From Alkalispirochaeta sp. (GTDB taxonomy: Bacteria > Spirochaetota > Spirochaetia > DSM-27196 > Alkalispirochaetaceae), in contig OZ271854.1 in NCBI GenBank assembly GCA_965601925.1, forward strand, positions 2,816,001 through 2,880,000: DNA of 64,000 bases, in the 5' to 3' direction. The number at the start of each line of letters is the position of its first letter. Position 1 is the first letter of the stretch. Shown in pieces: positions 60,784 to 64,000 of this stretch. A program made the translations under genes and the position numbers. The notes below the pieces were generated by a model. The model ran no database searches, was not told where the DNA came from, and saw only the letters and a program-made list of their open reading frames with translations.

Positions 60784-61346
60784 CGGCACTGCTCGACAAA
60801 GGTTGCGAGGATTCCACGGAGCGCGCGGTGTGACTCGGCGCGACTCGCGCGTGATTCGCCGCCGTCGTGCGGCGGGATCCGGACGACCCACCGGCGGTGA
60901 GGGCCGAGACGTCTGGCGAGCCATTCCATACAGGCCCACGCGGCTTCATCCTCGACGGCGCCGACCGACACGCCGATATCCGAGAACCGGGCGACCGGTG
61001 GGAGATCCGGGAGATGCTCTCGGCGCCCCGCCGCTACGACGCGATCAGCCACGTGAAACGAGCGACCGGGTAGCACTAACAGCACCCCGTCGCACCGTTC
61101 GAGAGAGCCCATCACGTAGGCTATCTCGGCGGCGATCAGCGTAAAAGCGGGCCGTTCATCCTCCGAGGAACGATCGAACACGACGTCGGCGATGAACATG
61201 CCCTTACCCCGTAACACGCGTTCCCGGACTCGTGCCGGCGGATCGCCCGTTGCAAGGGGCCGAGTCGGAAAGGTTCGGCGCAGCATTCCGACGAGACCGC
61301 CGACAAGCGGAACGATGAGAATCTCCGGGTCTTCCCGTTCGTTCAC
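60780..61346 (-). CDS. Hypothetical protein, possibly a degenerate nucleoside phosphorylase/nucleosidase fold
   Basis: 4-bp overlaps with both mtaB and the SPL-like gene; weak motif resemblance only. Confidence 0.6.
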   Translation of the reverse strand: MNEREDPEILIVPLVGGLVGMLRRTFPTRPLATGDPPARVRERVLRGKGMFIADVVFDRSSEDERPAFTLIAAEIAYVMGSLERCDGVLLVLPGRSFHVADRVVAAGRREHLPDLPPVARFSDIGVSVGAVEDEAAWACMEWLARRLGPHRRWVVRIPPHDGGESRASRAESHRALRGILATFVEQCR

Positions 61347-62686
61347 GAGAGTGTTCCGAGCAGATCGAGGGTATCGTCCGCGTCGATGCCGGTAATCAGC
61401 GTGCGGTAGAAACGATTGTGTCCGATATCCGCAGTCGGCGGCGCGGTGATGCGTACCGGGATATAGTGCTCCCCGAACCCCGACGCGTGAATCGCATCAG
61501 CCGTTTTTCTGACGTGTTCCACGAGGACCGTCTGAGTACCGCCGACAAACGAGCGCCGAATCGCCAGTTTTCTCCGCTCGGCCGCTTCTTGAATGAGCCG
61601 GCCGCGTCGCGCCTTCTCCCGACCGGCGACGTGTCCGCCCATGCGACAGGCACGTGTGCCGGCGCGCACCGAGTAGGGAAACATATGCACGTGACCGACG
61701 GTCATCTCCTCGACGAGACGCGCACTTTGTTGAAAGTCATCGTCGGTCTCTCCGGGAAAGCCGACGATGACGTCGGTCGTGATGTTGAAGTTCGGAATCG
61801 ACGAGCGAAGTCGGCCCACGATCGTTCGGTACTGGGAGGTCGTATACATACGACGCATCGCAAGGAGAATACGATCGCTGCCGCTCTGGAGGCACAGATG
61901 GAGATGGGGACACATCTTGGGGTGTGAAAAGAGGGCGACGAAGCGCTCATCGAGACCGTCGGGCTCGAGAGAGGAGATGCGGAGGCGAAACTCGCCGTCA
62001 AGATCGAGAATCGCCTCGACGATATCGACGAATGTGGTGACGCGTCCCGCATCCTCGTAACGGTAGCGGCTCATGTTGACGCCGGTCAGCACCAACTCTC
62101 GCGCGCCGCCGCGAATCGCGTCTCGTGCCTCACCGACGATGTCGACCGATCGGCGACTTCGCGCTCGACCGCGAACGAATGGAATGATGCAAAACGTGCA
62201 GTAGTTATCGCACCCGTCCTGAATCTTGATGTTCGTCCGGGTATGAAAACGGCGCGAGGGCACGGCGTAGCCGAAGACGTTGGAGTCGAAGGTGTTCGGG
62301 TCTACGATCTCTCCGCGGAAGTGCGCCTCCAAGATCTCGGGGATGGCGTTTTTCCGAGCATTGTCGACGACGTAGGTTGCCCCGCTTGCTTTACCGGCGT
62401 CGTAATTGCTGTCGACGAAACATCCGGTCAATACCACCACACCGTCGTGCCCGACTCGGCGCAACGCTCTGTTCAGCGTGTTGCGGCTTTTCCGATCCGC
62501 CTTGTTGGTGACCGTGCACGTATTGATGACCCGGACGTCGGCGTTCTCGGCGCCGTCGACGACGCGGAAGTTGCGCCGGTCGAGCTCCGTCGCGATCGCG
62601 TCCGTTTCGTATTGATTGAGCTTGCATCCGAGCGTCTCGAAAGCGACCGTCGGGCCGAGCGGTCTACCGTGTTCGTCCGATCGCAC
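61343..62686 (-). CDS. mtaB: tRNA t6A37 methylthiotransferase
   Basis: TLGCKLNQYE, NTCTVT, KIQDGCDNYCTFC, RLRISSLEP, HLCLQSG and HMFPYS. Confidence 0.92.
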   Translation of the reverse strand: MRSDEHGRPLGPTVAFETLGCKLNQYETDAIATELDRRNFRVVDGAENADVRVINTCTVTNKADRKSRNTLNRALRRVGHDGVVVLTGCFVDSNYDAGKASGATYVVDNARKNAIPEILEAHFRGEIVDPNTFDSNVFGYAVPSRRFHTRTNIKIQDGCDNYCTFCIIPFVRGRARSRRSVDIVGEARDAIRGGARELVLTGVNMSRYRYEDAGRVTTFVDIVEAILDLDGEFRLRISSLEPDGLDERFVALFSHPKMCPHLHLCLQSGSDRILLAMRRMYTTSQYRTIVGRLRSSIPNFNITTDVIVGFPGETDDDFQQSARLVEEMTVGHVHMFPYSVRAGTRACRMGGHVAGREKARRGRLIQEAAERRKLAIRRSFVGGTQTVLVEHVRKTADAIHASGFGEHYIPVRITAPPTADIGHNRFYRTLITGIDADDTLDLLGTLS

Positions 62687-62701
62687 TGTGCCGATACCCC
62701 T

Positions 62702-64000
62702 CTATCGTGCGCCCACCGGCTCCTGCGCATGCACGATCTCGCCGAAGATCGACAGCGGGCGACAGTCGGTGATGCGCACGTCGACGAACGATCCGAGAAG
62801 GGGCGCGCCGGGGTCCGGCACTCTCACCGGGATGCGGCCTTCCGTTTTTGCCGAAAGATACCCCGGCCGGCGGTCGTATCCGTCTACGAGCACGCGCACC
62901 GTCGTTCCCACGAGGTTTCTGTTATGATCCAGCGCCGTACGATGCAGCTCTTCGGAGAGAACGCGCAAACGGCGTTTTTTCTCATCCTGAGGGATATCGT
63001 CGGCCCAGCGCGAACTTGCCGCGCCGGGGCGCGGGGAGTACATCGCGATGTAGGCCATGTTGTAGCGAAACTCTTCCATCGCCGCGCGCGTCCTTTCGAA
63101 CTGCTCCTCGGTCTCGCCGGTAAATCCTACGATGATATCGGTAAAGAGCGTCGCGCTCGGTAAGAGCGAACGAATACGCTCCACCACGCGGCGATACCCG
63201 CTCACGCGATAGTTTCGATTCATGCGAATGAGCACTTTGTCGTCCCCGCTCTGAATCGGAAGGTGTATCTGATTGGCCAGCGTCGGGTATTCGGCTATCG
63301 TCTCCAACACATCGTCGGTCATATCGCGGGGATGGGGCGAGGTGAAGTAGACCCACACATCCTCGCCTGCGGTCATCCTGCCGATCTCTTCGAGAAGTGC
63401 GCTGAATCCGATCTCGCTCGAACGGCGATCCAGGCCGTAACTGTTCACGTTTTGTCCAAGGAGCGTCACGCTCTTGTATCCTCGACCTACGAGCTCTTCG
63501 ATCTCCCCGAGAATCTCGCGGGACGGGCGAGAGACCTCGCGGCCGCGAGTGTAGGGGACCGCGCAAAAAGTACAGAACTTATCGCACCCGTTTTGGATCG
63601 GCACATACGCCTCAAAGGTGGACGAGTACGACGGCTTTACGCGCCAAAACCCGTCGCGTATATCCTCCTCCACACCGTGCGGCCCCGACGGTAGGGAAGG
63701 CGTAAACAGAGCGGTCCGGCTCGTGTCGCCCCGGGCCTTACGGGAGCGCTCCGCCGTGCGCGATACGACGGATGAAGTCGGTCCTGCCGGATCGTCGGTG
63801 ATGCGCGTCGCCGTCGGCGGTCCGTTTGCCACCGAGGCGGGCGTCACGACTCCGTATTGACGGATCATCTCCGGCACGGTGGGGAGCTCGTTGATGGTGA
63901 ACACCAGATCGAAGCGCTTGAGAAACTTCTCGCGATCCGCCGGAAGCATACATCCCGAGACGAACGTGAGGAGGGGGCGCGAGTGCTTCCACCGGTTCCA
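62702..64000 (-). CDS. miaB: tRNA i6A37 methylthiotransferase, 5'-truncated by the window edge
   Basis: GCDKFCTFCAVPYTRGRE, LLGQNVNSY, FTSPHP, YSPRPG and TRAM domain; frame open to 64000. Confidence 0.9.
   Translation of the reverse strand, partial: WNRWKHSRPLLTFVSGCMLPADREKFLKRFDLVFTINELPTVPEMIRQYGVVTPASVANGPPTATRITDDPAGPTSSVVSRTAERSRKARGDTSRTALFTPSLPSGPHGVEEDIRDGFWRVKPSYSSTFEAYVPIQNGCDKFCTFCAVPYTRGREVSRPSREILGEIEELVGRGYKSVTLLGQNVNSYGLDRRSSEIGFSALLEEIGRMTAGEDVWVYFTSPHPRDMTDDVLETIAEYPTLANQIHLPIQSGDDKVLIRMNRNYRVSGYRRVVERIRSLLPSATLFTDIIVGFTGETEEQFERTRAAMEEFRYNMAYIAMYSPRPGAASSRWADDIPQDEKKRRLRVLSEELHRTALDHNRNLVGTTVRVLVDGYDRRPGYLSAKTEGRIPVRVPDPGAPLLGSFVDVRITDCRPLSIFGEIVHAQEPVGAR

Overview
GC-rich bacterial chromosomal segment, most likely from a free-living spirochaete (Spirochaetaceae, Alkalispirochaeta/Spirochaeta-like). 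This is inferred from AGGxxE-type binding-protein N-termini, a spirochaete-type MCP and an EIIA-coupled CPA2 antiporter. It holds about 57 CDS and is mostly housekeeping. RNA modification: THUMP methylase, trmH, rlmD, sua5/tsaC, mtaB, partial miaB. Other core genes: msrA, dGTPase-like HD protein, mltG, panE, gap, polB, plant-type ilvC, pepD. Transport and signalling: a Pho-boxed phnDCEE transporter, a YesMN-type two-component system with a sugar ABC transporter, and cheY. Also present are a sorE-like dehydrogenase/LMW-PTP/fructosamine kinase cluster and a sufT-sufCBD-Rieske operon. About 18.2-24.7 kb is an accessory-looking patch (small cyclase, O-methyltransferase, ArsR/thioredoxin/ArsP, SDR, RibD_C/TetR). 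I found no rRNA, tRNA, CRISPR, integrase or transposase. The strongest leads are: (1) a stand-alone globin-like plus CarH-type B12-binding protein, a candidate two-chromophore photoreceptor; (2) an SPL-like radical SAM enzyme with a degenerate nucleosidase-like partner at the end of the miaB-mtaB operon; (3) a 109-bp multi-hairpin tandem repeat; (4) a COG0523 GTPase lacking its CxCC motif; (5) a TPR protein with a beta-clamp-like motif; (6) an apparent non-ATG leaderless start for polB among several leaderless-looking genes. All family assignments come from motif recognition by eye; no database search was run.
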